From Pseudomonadota bacterium (lineage in GTDB: Bacteria > Campylobacterota > Campylobacteria > Campylobacterales > Sulfurimonadaceae), in contig JAZDQA010000008.1 of assembly GCA_043797085.1 (NCBI GenBank), positions 1 through 64,000 on the forward strand: 64,000 nt of DNA. The letters are read 5' to 3'. Position numbers and translations under genes: made by a program. This document shows positions 38,781 through 49,266 of this stretch, piece by piece (positions within the stretch are counted from its first letter, which is position 1; every line of letters begins with the position of its first letter). A model generated the notes under the pieces. That model did no database searches. It was not told the origin of the DNA and was given only the letters and a program-made list of their open reading frames with translations.

Positions 38781-39827
38781 ATGACAATCAATATTTCTCT
38801 TAATCGAATCATCGATGACTCTTATCCTATCCATATCGGTCCGTTGCAAGCGATTGATTTCAATGGTAAAGTAGCGGTTCTAACCAATCCAAAAGTGGCA
38901 GGATTGCATCTGGGAACACTTCTTTCGAAACTAAATGCAAAAGAAGTTTTTATCATTACGATCCCCGACGGAGAACAATACAAAAATCTTGAGACAATAG
39001 AATTTATTTTGGATCGGATGTTTGACCACCGATTGAATCGAAAATCTTTACTTATCGCTTTTGGCGGTGGTGTGATCGGTGATATGGGGGGATTTGCTTC
39101 AAGTCTTTATAATCGCGGTATTGATTTTGTACAGATCCCAACGACATTGCTTTCTCAAGTTGATGCGAGTGTTGGTGGAAAAACAGGCGTGAATAACCGA
39201 TTTGGAAAGAATCTTATCGGAGCCTTTCATCAACCCAAAGCCGTTCATATTGATCCAAGTTTTTTGAACACACTTCCTTCCCGTGAGTTTGGTGCAGGTG
39301 TGGCAGAAATTGTCAAGATGGCAGTGACGTTTAATAAAGATTTTTTTGAATGGCTCGAAAACAATGACTTACGAGAAGACGATAATCTGCTTCATGCCAT
39401 TTCCAAAGCGGTTGAAACAAAAGCCCGTGTTGTCGAAGCCGATGAAAAAGAGTTGGGACTTCGAGCTGCACTTAACTACGGGCACACTTTTGGGCATGTG
39501 ATTGAAAATGAGACCCGATATGAGACTTATTTGCATGGAGAGAGTGTGGCAATCGGTATGATTATGGCGAATAATCTTGCATGTGAATTAGGATTTATGA
39601 CCATTGATGAGATGTTACGGATTCGAGTTGTCTTAGAGCGCTATGGTTTACCCCTTTCATATGACATTATTGATGTAGAGAAATTTTACCAAGCATTTTT
39701 CTTGGATAAAAAAAGTGCTGACAGTGCTATAACGTTTATTTTACCTCGCTCTATCGGCGACGTTGAAATTACAGACAGCGTGGATGCCAATATCGTTAAA
39801 TCAATTTTAAGACGATTCCAAAAATGA
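38781..39827 (+). CDS. aroB: 3-dehydroquinate synthase
   Basis: GGGVIGD, PTTLLSQVDASVGGKTG, NYGHTFGH, HGESV. Confidence 0.96.
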   Translation: MTINISLNRIIDDSYPIHIGPLQAIDFNGKVAVLTNPKVAGLHLGTLLSKLNAKEVFIITIPDGEQYKNLETIEFILDRMFDHRLNRKSLLIAFGGGVIGDMGGFASSLYNRGIDFVQIPTTLLSQVDASVGGKTGVNNRFGKNLIGAFHQPKAVHIDPSFLNTLPSREFGAGVAEIVKMAVTFNKDFFEWLENNDLREDDNLLHAISKAVETKARVVEADEKELGLRAALNYGHTFGHVIENETRYETYLHGESVAIGMIMANNLACELGFMTIDEMLRIRVVLERYGLPLSYDIIDVEKFYQAFFLDKKSADSAITFILPRSIGDVEITDSVDANIVKSILRRFQK

Positions 39828-41449
39828 AATCACTTTTTTTCTCTAAACGTATTCTCCTTATTTTATTTTTTATAACGCTTTCATTGAATGCAGTAGCTGT
39901 TGAACAGGGGGAGACTGACACCAATAGTGCGTTTCAAGAGAATGTCGATAGCAAAAAAAATGAATTGGAAAAACTCCAAAAAACACTCTCAAAAGAAAAT
40001 AGTATTTGGATTAAAAGTTATGATTCGTATTCGGCATATCGAGCGGCACGTAAGAGCTTGCGTGAGGTTAAATGGCGTATAAATGAGCTAAAAGATTCTC
40101 GTTCAACCAGTGAACATAAGCTCGAACTGGAAGCGCTTCAGGCAAAAGAGAGAATCTTGACCGATCAGATTGCATTGTTGCAAGCACAGGGAACTTCTCC
40201 TTTTATCGCGTTACTCAAACCTGATGAAGCCGGTACGCTTCCCAGTGTTACCAATCCTTTTGAGATTGTTATGGGTCTCTCATACGTTAAGCGTCTCAAT
40301 AGTCAATTTAGTGATTACACCGTTCGTGCAGAAGATTTACAAGATATTATTGCCAATCTTGAGCGGCAAGCTCAGCTAAGCAAAGAGCTTACACTGCTGG
40401 AACCAAAAGAGAAAAAATATTGGACGGACTTAGAAAATACTCTCTTGAGAATTGAAAAGTTCAAATTGGCACTCGATACGTTAAATACCACGACGAAAGT
40501 ATATGAAAAGCGGATAGAAACAACGGAAGCCAAAATTAACAAAGAGATTAAAGATCAGTTGTATAAACTCTTTACTCTCTTTGTTGTTGTTGTTGTTTTA
40601 TTGCTTATCTCATTTTTGATAAAGCGCACCGTTAAACATTACGTTATAGACAATGAACGATTTTATACGGTCAATAAAATCGTAACGTTCATTAGCATGA
40701 CGCTCATTACGATGGTTGTCCTTTTTAGTTATATGGATAACGTGGGCTATCTTGCAACCGTTCTTGGTTTTGCTTCTGCCGGTTTAGCAATTGCGATGCG
40801 TGATTGGTTTATGTCTCTTTTTGGATGGATTGTTATTTTCGTTGGGGGATCGATTCATGTCGGTGATCGTATTCGTGTTGTCAAAGAGGGGATGGAATAC
40901 GTCGGTGATATTTTAGATATTTCTCCGTTGCGAATCACTTTGATGGAAGATGTGACACTGACAACGGTTGAAGTAAATCGCAGAGCAGGGCGGATTATTT
41001 TCGTTCCTAACAATTATATTTTTACGTCAATGATTGCTAACTATTCTCATGCCTCACTCAAAACGGTATGGGACGGGATCGATGTGATGATAACGTTTGA
41101 TTCAAATCATAAAAAAGCAGTTCAGATTGTTAAAGAAATTTGCCGTAAATATTCCAAGGGTTACACCGAAATCACCCGTAAACAGCTCAACAAATTACGC
41201 GATAGATACAGTCTTAAAAACAGCAATGTTGAACCTAGAATATTTACCTTTATTGAATCAAATGGAATAAAAGTAAGTGCGTGGTATTTAACCAATGCGT
41301 ATGCTACTCTTACGTTGCGCAGTACCATTTCAGGTGATATTGTCGATGCATTTAATGCCGAATTTGATATCACGATAGCCTATCCTACTCAAACGTTTTA
41401 TAGTGCGCCCATTCCTCCCAAATCATTGCCTAAAGTAGAAGAAGTATGA
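39824..41449 (+). CDS. MscS-family mechanosensitive channel with long N-terminal coiled coil
   Basis: LGFASAGLAIAMRD, VGDRI, FVPNN, IAYPTQ. Confidence 0.85.
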   Translation: MKSLFFSKRILLILFFITLSLNAVAVEQGETDTNSAFQENVDSKKNELEKLQKTLSKENSIWIKSYDSYSAYRAARKSLREVKWRINELKDSRSTSEHKLELEALQAKERILTDQIALLQAQGTSPFIALLKPDEAGTLPSVTNPFEIVMGLSYVKRLNSQFSDYTVRAEDLQDIIANLERQAQLSKELTLLEPKEKKYWTDLENTLLRIEKFKLALDTLNTTTKVYEKRIETTEAKINKEIKDQLYKLFTLFVVVVVLLLISFLIKRTVKHYVIDNERFYTVNKIVTFISMTLITMVVLFSYMDNVGYLATVLGFASAGLAIAMRDWFMSLFGWIVIFVGGSIHVGDRIRVVKEGMEYVGDILDISPLRITLMEDVTLTTVEVNRRAGRIIFVPNNYIFTSMIANYSHASLKTVWDGIDVMITFDSNHKKAVQIVKEICRKYSKGYTEITRKQLNKLRDRYSLKNSNVEPRIFTFIESNGIKVSAWYLTNAYATLTLRSTISGDIVDAFNAEFDITIAYPTQTFYSAPIPPKSLPKVEEV

Positions 41450-42690
41450 AGCCAAAAGTCTATTTTAAAACCTTCGGATGCCGTACTAATGTGTTTGATT
41501 CCCAAGTAATGATGAGTGGTCTAAAAGATTATGAGGTTACTGAAGAAGAGAGTGCAGCAGATATTGTCGTTGTGAACTCATGTACGGTAACCAATGGAGC
41601 GGATGTAAGTGTTCGCGGCTATATTAACAGTATGGAAAAACAAGGAAAAAAGCTTTTTCTAACCGGTTGCGGAGCACACACGAAAGGTGAGAGCCTTTTT
41701 GGTGCCAATAAGGTTCATGGAGTATTCGGTCAATCGGAAAAAATGAAAATCAATACGCTGCTCTCCAGCGAAAACCGTTTTTATGAGATTGGTGATTTAA
41801 ACTACGTCGATGATGCGATCGTTGATGAATTTGTTGGAAAATCGAGAGCTTTCATCAAAATTCAAGAGGGATGCAACTTCCGTTGTAATTACTGTATTAT
41901 CCCGTTTGTCCGTGGCGATGCGCGTAGTATGGATGAGACGAAGATTTTAGAACAGGTTTCACGTCTTGCGAGCAACGGTTTTGGTGAATTTGTCCTCACG
42001 GGGACGAATGTCGGAAGCTATGGGCAGGGCGAGGGGAAAACTATTGCCTCTTTGATGCAAAAAATGTCGCTTATACGGGGTGTTCGCCGTATTCGTGTCG
42101 GGTCACTTGAACCTATCCAAATCAATGAAGCGTTTCGCGAAATTTTAGATGAACCGTGGTTGGAGCGTCATTTACATATTGCTATTCAGCACAGCTCTAA
42201 TGAGATGTTAAAGATGATGAACCGTCGGAATCGATTTGAGAGTGATAGAGAACTTTTTAGCCTTTTGCATGAAAAAGGTTTTGCTTTGGGGACGGATTTT
42301 ATTGTCGGTCATCCGGGAGAGAGCGATGCACTCTGGGACGATGCAATGAAAAATATCCGTGAACTTCATTTGACGCATATCCATCCTTTTACCTATTCTA
42401 AGCGGGATGGAACCCCCAGTGCTCTTTTAAAACCTGAGATAAATGGAGCAGTTTCCAGTGTACGAATGGCGGAGCTTAATGCTCTGATTACGTCGAATAA
42501 TCTTAACTTTCGACGTACAATGACAGCTGCGTTAGAGGTTTTAATTGAATCAGGTAATAATGGTATTTACAGTGGATTGGATCAATTTTTTAATAAAACA
42601 GTAATCTATAGTGAGGAAGATTTATCAGGTAATTGGGTAACAATCGATAACTATGAGGTAGAAGATGAACATAACAAAGCTCAATTTTAA
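41446..42690 (+). CDS. mtaB: tRNA methylthiotransferase MtaB
   Basis: TFGCRTN, NSCTVT, IQEGCNFRCNYC, HIHPFTYSKRDGT. Confidence 0.92.
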   Translation: MKPKVYFKTFGCRTNVFDSQVMMSGLKDYEVTEEESAADIVVVNSCTVTNGADVSVRGYINSMEKQGKKLFLTGCGAHTKGESLFGANKVHGVFGQSEKMKINTLLSSENRFYEIGDLNYVDDAIVDEFVGKSRAFIKIQEGCNFRCNYCIIPFVRGDARSMDETKILEQVSRLASNGFGEFVLTGTNVGSYGQGEGKTIASLMQKMSLIRGVRRIRVGSLEPIQINEAFREILDEPWLERHLHIAIQHSSNEMLKMMNRRNRFESDRELFSLLHEKGFALGTDFIVGHPGESDALWDDAMKNIRELHLTHIHPFTYSKRDGTPSALLKPEINGAVSSVRMAELNALITSNNLNFRRTMTAALEVLIESGNNGIYSGLDQFFNKTVIYSEEDLSGNWVTIDNYEVEDEHNKAQF

Positions 42691-44332
42691 TCGTAATCAG
42701 CTTATTTTATTAGCCTCAGGCGGAATTATCCTTCTCTTATTGCTTTATGCTCTTTTGCGAGACAGCAGTGAAGTAATTTCTCTCGATGAAGCAACCCGTA
42801 TTGTTGAAGCCAACCTCGTCGAAAAAGCGGTAATGGATGGCGGATATCTCTATCTCTCAACTTCAAATGAAGGTGTTGTTAAAATTTCATCATCACAGCT
42901 TCCGAGTGAATTAACATCTCATTTAAAAATTGAAGCTAAAAAATCAAACGGATGGCTTTGGTTTATATTGGTCGTTTCGATTATTTCAGGGGCTATCGGA
43001 TGGGTTTATAATACGAGACGTATTGATGGTGGCGTACATGAAGAGAATAATCAACAGACGCCTGTAAAATCTTTAGATACCGAAACTTCCACTCAATCTT
43101 CTCCCGTTCCCGTTAAATCAAATGTACGCTTTAGCGATATTGGCGGTATCGGTGATGTGAAAGAAGAACTCGAAGAGATTATCGATTTTTTACGCAATCC
43201 TAAACGCTATTACAGTTTTGGAGCACGAATGCCTAGAGGAGTATTGTTAGTAGGACCTCCGGGTGTAGGAAAAACGATGATTGCCAAAGCAGTAGCAGCA
43301 GAAGCAGACGTTCCGTTTTTCTACCAAAGCGGTGCCTCGTTTGTTCAGATTTATGTAGGGATGGGGGCTAAACGCGTACATGAGCTTTTTGCAGCAGCGA
43401 AAAAAAATGCTCCTTCGATTATCTTTATTGACGAGATTGACGCTGTAGGTAAAAAACGTGGAGGCGAACGCAATGATGAGCGAGAAGGGACTCTCAATCA
43501 GCTCTTAACCGAGATGGATGGATTTGAGGATACGAGCGGTATTATCGTGATTGCAGCAACCAATAATATTGAGATTATGGACAGTGCACTACTGCGTTCA
43601 GGACGCTTTGATCGTCGAATTTTTGTTGAACTTCCCACTGCAAGTGAGCGCTCTTCCATTTTAGAAAAATATTTACAGCATATTCCTCATGATCTTAGCG
43701 TTGACGATATCGCAAAAATGACCGTAGGATTTAACGGTGCATCGTTGGCGGCATTAGTCAATGAAGCGGCACTTCTATGTTTACGCGGCAGAGAGTTTCA
43801 AGTCAAAATGGATCATTTTTTAGCCGTAAAAGATAAAGTAATGCTGGGTAAAAAACGGCTTACGATGTTGAGTGAAAAGCAGCGTCACTATCAAGCACGC
43901 TATCAGGCAGGTAAAGTATTCGCAGCTACATGGTTTGATTTGGCGTATGAAAAAATTACTCTCAGTAATGACACCATAACCCCTCCCGTTTCAGAACCGC
44001 TTTTAAAACATGAAATAGAAGCGCATGTACGAATTCATCTTGCCGGAATTGTTGCGTGCGAACTTCGTTTTGGGGAACACGCTTCTTCATCTTCCCATGA
44101 TTTATCGGTTGCACGTTCATTGGTAGATTCGATGGTGGATGAGTATGGCATGGGTACTTCACTTATACCATCTGTAAACGACAGGTTTGAATTAATCAAT
44201 CGTTTATACGAAGAAACACGTATCTTGCTTGATCATCATGAAAAAAATATTGATAAGATTGAAGCGATTTTGAGTGAATATGAGCATATTTCAAAAGCAC
44301 TGGCAAAAGAGACTATTCGTGATATTTTATAG
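42665..44332 (+). CDS. FtsH-like membrane AAA ATPase lacking the HExxH protease motif
   Basis: Two TMs, [40 protein letters not shown] in place of HEAGH. Confidence 0.85.
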   Translation: MNITKLNFNRNQLILLASGGIILLLLLYALLRDSSEVISLDEATRIVEANLVEKAVMDGGYLYLSTSNEGVVKISSSQLPSELTSHLKIEAKKSNGWLWFILVVSIISGAIGWVYNTRRIDGGVHEENNQQTPVKSLDTETSTQSSPVPVKSNVRFSDIGGIGDVKEELEEIIDFLRNPKRYYSFGARMPRGVLLVGPPGVGKTMIAKAVAAEADVPFFYQSGASFVQIYVGMGAKRVHELFAAAKKNAPSIIFIDEIDAVGKKRGGERNDEREGTLNQLLTEMDGFEDTSGIIVIAATNNIEIMDSALLRSGRFDRRIFVELPTASERSSILEKYLQHIPHDLSVDDIAKMTVGFNGASLAALVNEAALLCLRGREFQVKMDHFLAVKDKVMLGKKRLTMLSEKQRHYQARYQAGKVFAATWFDLAYEKITLSNDTITPPVSEPLLKHEIEAHVRIHLAGIVACELRFGEHASSSSHDLSVARSLVDSMVDEYGMGTSLIPSVNDRFELINRLYEETRILLDHHEKNIDKIEAILSEYEHISKALAKETIRDIL

Positions 44333-44843
44333 TGGATTTTTTCTAAAAAATGAGAATGTATTTTTTCAAAAATATTTAGAAGAGAGTGCTTATACCGTTG
44401 CAGGATTTAGCTATGGTGCGATTAAAGCTGCTCTTCATGCATCTGAATCAACGATGCGTATTGATACATTGCAACTTTTTTCACCTGCTTTTTTTCAAAC
44501 GAAAAAGGAGTCGTTTAAACGGCTTCAACTCGGTGCATTTACGAAAGACATGGAGCTTTATAGAGATAATTTTTTCATCAGTTGTTTTACACCAAGATAC
44601 GTTGAATACGTTGAATTAGACGATAAAGCAGATGAAAACCAACTTCGTGAATTACTTTATTTTGAGTGGACTCAAGAGCTGATGGATTCTATCGTCTCCA
44701 AAGGAATACGGGTTGAAGTCTATCTGGGACTCGAAGATCGCGTGATCGATCCTGTAGGGGCAAGAGAATTTTTTATCCAATATGCCACCGTGACATCCAT
44801 ACAAACAGGCAACCATTTTTTACAGGAGAAAAACAATGATTAA
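44319..44843 (+). CDS. bioV: Pimeloyl-ACP methyl ester esterase BioV
   Basis: FYSGF, GFSYG nucleophile elbow, LQLFSPAFF, YLG..D..ID, NHFL. Confidence 0.8.
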   Translation: MIFYSGFFLKNENVFFQKYLEESAYTVAGFSYGAIKAALHASESTMRIDTLQLFSPAFFQTKKESFKRLQLGAFTKDMELYRDNFFISCFTPRYVEYVELDDKADENQLRELLYFEWTQELMDSIVSKGIRVEVYLGLEDRVIDPVGAREFFIQYATVTSIQTGNHFLQEKNND

Positions 44844-45354
44844 AATCGGCGTAATTACAGCATCAGACCGTGCGAGTGCGGGAATTTATGAGGATATATC
44901 AGGAGTGGCTATCCAAGATACTATGAAAGATTATTTAAAATCGGAACATGAAATTGTTTATCGTTGTATACCTGATGTCCAAGCAACGATCGAAGCAACG
45001 ATGATAGAGTTGTGTGACACAGGGTGCTGTTTGGTGGTGACTACAGGTGGAACAGGTCCCGCGTTACGTGATGTCACGCCGGAGGCAACGGAAAATGTTT
45101 GTGAGAAGATGATGCCGGGATTTGGCGAACTGATGCGTCAGGTGAGTCTTAAATACGTTCCTACTGCGATTTTGTCTCGTCAAACGGCAGGAATTCGCGG
45201 TTCTAGCCTCATAATCAATCTTCCGGGGAAACCAAAATCAATACGTGAGTGTCTGGATGCGGTGTTCCCAGCTGTTCCTTATTGCATCGATTTGATTGGG
45301 GGAGATTATTTGGAGTGCAATGAAGAGGTTATTAAGGCATTTAGACCGAAGTAA
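44836..45354 (+). CDS. mog: Molybdopterin adenylyltransferase
   Basis: SDRAS.GIYED, TTGGTGPALRDVTPEA, NLPGKP, VPYCIDL. Confidence 0.93.
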   Translation: MIKIGVITASDRASAGIYEDISGVAIQDTMKDYLKSEHEIVYRCIPDVQATIEATMIELCDTGCCLVVTTGGTGPALRDVTPEATENVCEKMMPGFGELMRQVSLKYVPTAILSRQTAGIRGSSLIINLPGKPKSIRECLDAVFPAVPYCIDLIGGDYLECNEEVIKAFRPK

Positions 45355-45431
45355 CTCGATGAGTTTTAAAACTCTTTCAACACTTCTTGGCTATAATTCG
45401 CCCAATAAATCATACTTTATAGGATACCTTG

Positions 45432-45941
45432 ATGCAAAAAATTGAAGGGAAAGTTTGGAATTTCGGTAAAGATATCGATACCGACCTTATTATCGCTGCT
45501 CGTTACCTCAATACCTCTAATCCGCAAGAGCTTGCAAAGCACGTTATGGAAGATGCTGATCCGACATTTGTGACCAAAATGACTCCCGGTGATATTATCG
45601 TTGCGGATGAAAATTTTGGATGCGGTTCATCTCGTGAGCATGCTCCAATTGCTCTAAAAGCTGCTGGAGTAGCAGCGATTATTGCTCCGACTTTTGCCCG
45701 TATTTTTTACCGTAACGCGTTTAATATGGGATTGCCTATTTTTGAACTTCCTGAAAGTTTGGAAATCAAAGAAGGCGAATCGGTCAGCATTGATATGGAT
45801 GCGGGAACGATTACCAATATGACAAATGGAAAAGTGTATAACTTTATCCCTATCCCGCCTTTTATGCAAGAACTTATCAGCGCAGGCGGATTGATGAATT
45901 TCGCGTCAGCAGAAATAGCAGCGCAAGGAGAAAAAAAATAA
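45432..45941 (+). CDS. leuD: 3-isopropylmalate dehydratase small subunit
   Basis: [26 protein letters not shown]. Confidence 0.95.
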   Translation: MQKIEGKVWNFGKDIDTDLIIAARYLNTSNPQELAKHVMEDADPTFVTKMTPGDIIVADENFGCGSSREHAPIALKAAGVAAIIAPTFARIFYRNAFNMGLPIFELPESLEIKEGESVSIDMDAGTITNMTNGKVYNFIPIPPFMQELISAGGLMNFASAEIAAQGEKK

Positions 45942-47017
45942 TGAAAAAATACAATATTGCCCTTATCAAAGGGGACGGAATCGGTCCTGAGATTATCGAT
46001 GAAGCGACCAAAGTTCTCGATGCAGTAGCCGCATCTGAAGACATTGAATTTAATTACCAAGAAGTATTAATGGGAGGGTGTGCGTATGACGCTACCGGCG
46101 ATCCGCTTCCACAAGAGACGATTAATGTTTCATTGGCAAGTGATGCAGTCCTTTTTGGTGCTATCGGCGGTGAAAAATGGGATACTCTTCCGAGAGAAAA
46201 ACGCCCTGAGAGTGGATTGCTCCGTTTTCGCAAAGAGTTAGGTGTTTTTGCCAATCTTCGTCCTGCTAATGTGTACGATGAACTGGTCAATGCAAGTTCC
46301 CTCAAGCCTGAGATCGTTAAAGGTGTTGATTTGATGGTGGTGCGTGAGCTTATCGGCGGAATTTATTTTGGTGAGCCAAAAGGGCGCGACGAGAATAAAG
46401 GTTGGAACACCATGGTGTACACCCGTGATGAAGTTATACGTATCGCTCATGTCGCCTTCAAAATCGCGATGGATCGTTCGAAAAAAGTATGTTCCGTCGA
46501 TAAAGCAAATGTATTGGATGTCAGTCAGTTGTGGCGTGAAGTGGTCATCGAAGTTTCTAAAGAGTATCCAGAAGTTGCGCTTTCACATATGTATGTTGAT
46601 AATGCTGCAATGCAGTTGATTCGTGATCCAAAACAGTTTGACGTTATTTTGACGGGAAATATTTTCGGAGATATTTTGAGCGATGAGGCGAGTATGCTCT
46701 CCGGTTCTATCGGTTTACTTCCATCGGCTTCGGTTGGTGCGGCTATTGGTGTATATGAACCGATTCACGGTTCTGCTCCGGATATTGCAGGGCAGGGAAT
46801 CGCCAATCCTATCGCAACCATCGCAAGTGCTGCCATGATGCTTCGTTACGCATTGGGTGAAAATGCAGCGGCTGATCGAATCGACTATGGTATCAAGCAA
46901 GCGTTAGCCCAAGGGTATAGAACCAAGGATATTGCGGCATTTGATGCTAAAGAGATTTGTTCCACCAGCGAAATGGGTTCCATTATCGCTAACTTAGCGG
47001 CGAAATGCAAACTCTAA
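45941..47017 (+). CDS. leuB: 3-isopropylmalate dehydrogenase
   Basis: [36 protein letters not shown]. Confidence 0.96.
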   Translation: MKKYNIALIKGDGIGPEIIDEATKVLDAVAASEDIEFNYQEVLMGGCAYDATGDPLPQETINVSLASDAVLFGAIGGEKWDTLPREKRPESGLLRFRKELGVFANLRPANVYDELVNASSLKPEIVKGVDLMVVRELIGGIYFGEPKGRDENKGWNTMVYTRDEVIRIAHVAFKIAMDRSKKVCSVDKANVLDVSQLWREVVIEVSKEYPEVALSHMYVDNAAMQLIRDPKQFDVILTGNIFGDILSDEASMLSGSIGLLPSASVGAAIGVYEPIHGSAPDIAGQGIANPIATIASAAMMLRYALGENAAADRIDYGIKQALAQGYRTKDIAAFDAKEICSTSEMGSIIANLAAKCKL

Positions 47018-47253
47018 CCCTCGCAAATATTTATGAACTTCAAGGTCTCAAAGAGGAGGCGCTTGAAATTTACAAAGAAATTTTAAAAAAAGATCCTTCC
47101 AACGGAGATGCTAAAATAGCAATTCGACGACTCTCCGGAATGCGTAAAAAGTTTTTAGGCGTTAACAATGAGATGAAAGCTTTTTTTGTCCAAATGGATG
47201 AGGAAGCCGAATTTATCCAATTTGAAAGGTGGCTATTACGAGCATGGAATTAA
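47005..47253 (+). CDS. Small TPR protein
   Basis: [29 protein letters not shown], a single TPR. Confidence 0.75.
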   Translation: MQTLTLANIYELQGLKEEALEIYKEILKKDPSNGDAKIAIRRLSGMRKKFLGVNNEMKAFFVQMDEEAEFIQFERWLLRAWN

Positions 47254-47585
47254 AAGATGTTATTTTATCAACTCTTGCAGAAATTGAAGAGATTGGTGCT
47301 CTCAGAGAAATAGAAATACCAACAATCAAGAAAGAGTCTATTGAAGCAGTACGTTTAGTTGAAACTCAAGCTTCATATTCTCAAAATGTTAGTGAGAATA
47401 CTACTTCTCATGATGATGAGATGAGAATATTAGATGGTATTCGAGAGCGTCTTTTAGTTTTATTTGAAGGTTTTCAATCGCCCAATAATGTTCAAATTGA
47501 AGCAAAAGTAGATCTGACGTTGAATTTTTTAGAATATTTACTCGCTACCATCGACAATCGACTCGAAACAATTAAAGTGAAATAA
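47244..47585 (+). CDS. CiaD-like protein
   Basis: [11 protein letters not shown]...RERLLVLFEG...KVDLTLNFLEYLLA, resembling the Campylobacterota CiaD-like family. Confidence 0.65.
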   Translation: MELKDVILSTLAEIEEIGALREIEIPTIKKESIEAVRLVETQASYSQNVSENTTSHDDEMRILDGIRERLLVLFEGFQSPNNVQIEAKVDLTLNFLEYLLATIDNRLETIKVK

Positions 47586-47603
47586 CCAAAGGCTAAGACT
47601 TAC

Positions 47604-48443
47604 ATGACAGAACAATATCGAATTTTGATTCAATGCAACGATGAAAAAGGGTTGGTTTACAAAGTATCCAGTATTTTTTATCATCGAAATTTGAATATTT
47701 TATCCAATAACGAATTTGTAGATAAAACCCATAATAAGTTTTTTATGCGAAGTGTCGTGAGCGGTGAAGCGGATATGGAAGCGCTTAAGAATGAGCTTAT
47801 TGCCGTCCTACCTTCTGATGTACACTTGGATGTTATCGCTCCGCGTAAAAAACGAATCGTTCTCATGGCTACAAAAGAGTCTCACGCACTTGGAGATATT
47901 TTGATTCGTTATGAAGCGGGTGAATTGGATGCAGTTATTGTAGGGGTTGTTTCCAATTATGATACATTAGAGCCTTTAGTATCGAAGTTTGACATCCCTT
48001 TTTATGCCGTATCTCATGAGGGGTTGGACAGAGAGGCTCATGAGCAAAAAGTCTTGGAGTGTTTAAGCTCTTTGGGTGAGATTGATTATATGGTATTGGC
48101 AAAATACATGCGAATCCTGACACCCCAATTTGTGGATGCGTACGAAGATAAGATTATCAATATTCATCACTCATTTTTACCGGCATTTATCGGTGCAAAT
48201 CCTTATAAACAAGCGTATGAACGTGGCGTAAAAATCATTGGAGCAACAGCCCATTTTGTTAACAATAATCTCGATGAAGGACCGATTATCGCTCAGAACG
48301 TTATTCATATCGATCACGCCTACGGATGGGAAGATATGCAGCGTTCAGGGCGTGATGTTGAAAAAATCGTTCTTTCTCGTGCCTTGAAGCTTGCTCTTGA
48401 AGATCGTATTTTTGTCCACGCCAACCGAACGGTAATTTTTTAG
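47604..48443 (+). CDS. purU: Formyltetrahydrofolate deformylase
   Basis: ACT N-terminus, LAKYMRIL, INIHHSFLPAFIGANPY, DEGPII. Confidence 0.95.
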   Translation: MTEQYRILIQCNDEKGLVYKVSSIFYHRNLNILSNNEFVDKTHNKFFMRSVVSGEADMEALKNELIAVLPSDVHLDVIAPRKKRIVLMATKESHALGDILIRYEAGELDAVIVGVVSNYDTLEPLVSKFDIPFYAVSHEGLDREAHEQKVLECLSSLGEIDYMVLAKYMRILTPQFVDAYEDKIINIHHSFLPAFIGANPYKQAYERGVKIIGATAHFVNNNLDEGPIIAQNVIHIDHAYGWEDMQRSGRDVEKIVLSRALKLALEDRIFVHANRTVIF

Positions 48444-48446
48444 GTT

Positions 48447-48917
48447 ATGTTTAATATTGTATTAGTAACCCCTCAAATTCCTAACAATACAGGAGCTATT
48501 GGCAGATTATGCGTCAATACAGGCTCAGCTCTTCATCTCATTAAGCCCTTAGGCTTTGATATTGACGAAAAAGCGGTTCGTCGAGCTGGTTTGGATTATT
48601 GGAACAAAATTGATTTACATGTTTGGGAAAGTATAGAGGAATTTTTTATCCATAATCCTCTGAGTGAGCGTTTCTTTTTTGCCACAACAAAAACTACACA
48701 ACCTTATTTTGACCACAAATTTCAATCAGGGGATTACCTTTTCTTTGGCAGCGAAACAGCAGGCATCCCAGCTGAAATATTAGCGTCTGCACCAAAACAA
48801 TGTATGACCATACCCATGACTAAAGAGGGGCGAAGTCTTAATCTTGCTATTAGTACAGGAATAATTTTGTATGAAGCAATCAAACAAAATTTTGTTGAAT
48901 ATCAAGAAGGTATGTAA
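48447..48917 (+). CDS. trmL: tRNA (cytidine34-2'-O)-methyltransferase
   Basis: PQIPNNTG, RRAGLDYW, FGSETAG, RSLNLA. Confidence 0.92.
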   Translation: MFNIVLVTPQIPNNTGAIGRLCVNTGSALHLIKPLGFDIDEKAVRRAGLDYWNKIDLHVWESIEEFFIHNPLSERFFFATTKTTQPYFDHKFQSGDYLFFGSETAGIPAEILASAPKQCMTIPMTKEGRSLNLAISTGIILYEAIKQNFVEYQEGM

Positions 48918-49045
48918 TGTGGTTTCAAATTCTTGATTCTTTTATTATCGTTTTATTCGTTCTTTTCATAATTTTTATTTTTAGAGGATACCATCTCTCT
49001 AAGCGTGAAGAAGAATATGATAATGATGAATCTAAAACGAATTAA
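48917..49045 (+). CDS. Small membrane protein, 42 aa (MWFQILDSFIIVLFVLFIIFIFRGYHLSKREEEYDNDESKTN)
   Basis: ATG overlaps the trmL stop (TAATG); single TM helix with an acidic tail. Confidence 0.55.
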   Translation: MWFQILDSFIIVLFVLFIIFIFRGYHLSKREEEYDNDESKTN

Positions 49046-49125
49046 AATAGTTGTGATGCCCATTTCTCCATTTTTGTTTCGAAACGATTCATAAATCCAC
49101 TTGCTTTAATAATAACCTTTGCCAT
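49042..49125 (-). CDS. Small 27-aa protein (MAKVIIKASGFMNRFETKMEKWASQLF), divergent from the S24 repressor
   Basis: AAGGCGGAG RBS directly before the ATG; stop overlaps the convergent small ORF. Confidence 0.5.
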   Translation of the reverse strand: MAKVIIKASGFMNRFETKMEKWASQLF

Positions 49126-49199
49126 TTTCTCCGCCTTTTAGTATTTTAAATTGTCAAATAGTAAGGTATTTGAAAAATAAAGATTAAAAATATTGCAAT

Positions 49200-49217
49200 T
49201 TGACATATTTTTGTCAA
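49200..49217. promoter_or_regulatory. Palindromic operator candidate TTGACA-N6-TGTCAA
   Basis: Perfect 6-bp arms between divergent genes, upstream of a CI/LexA-like repressor; an extra TTGTCAA half-site at 49151-49157. Confidence 0.5.
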
Positions 49218-49266
49218 TAATATGGCATAATGTCTTTATTGAATGAATGAGAGGGAGTGTTTTATT

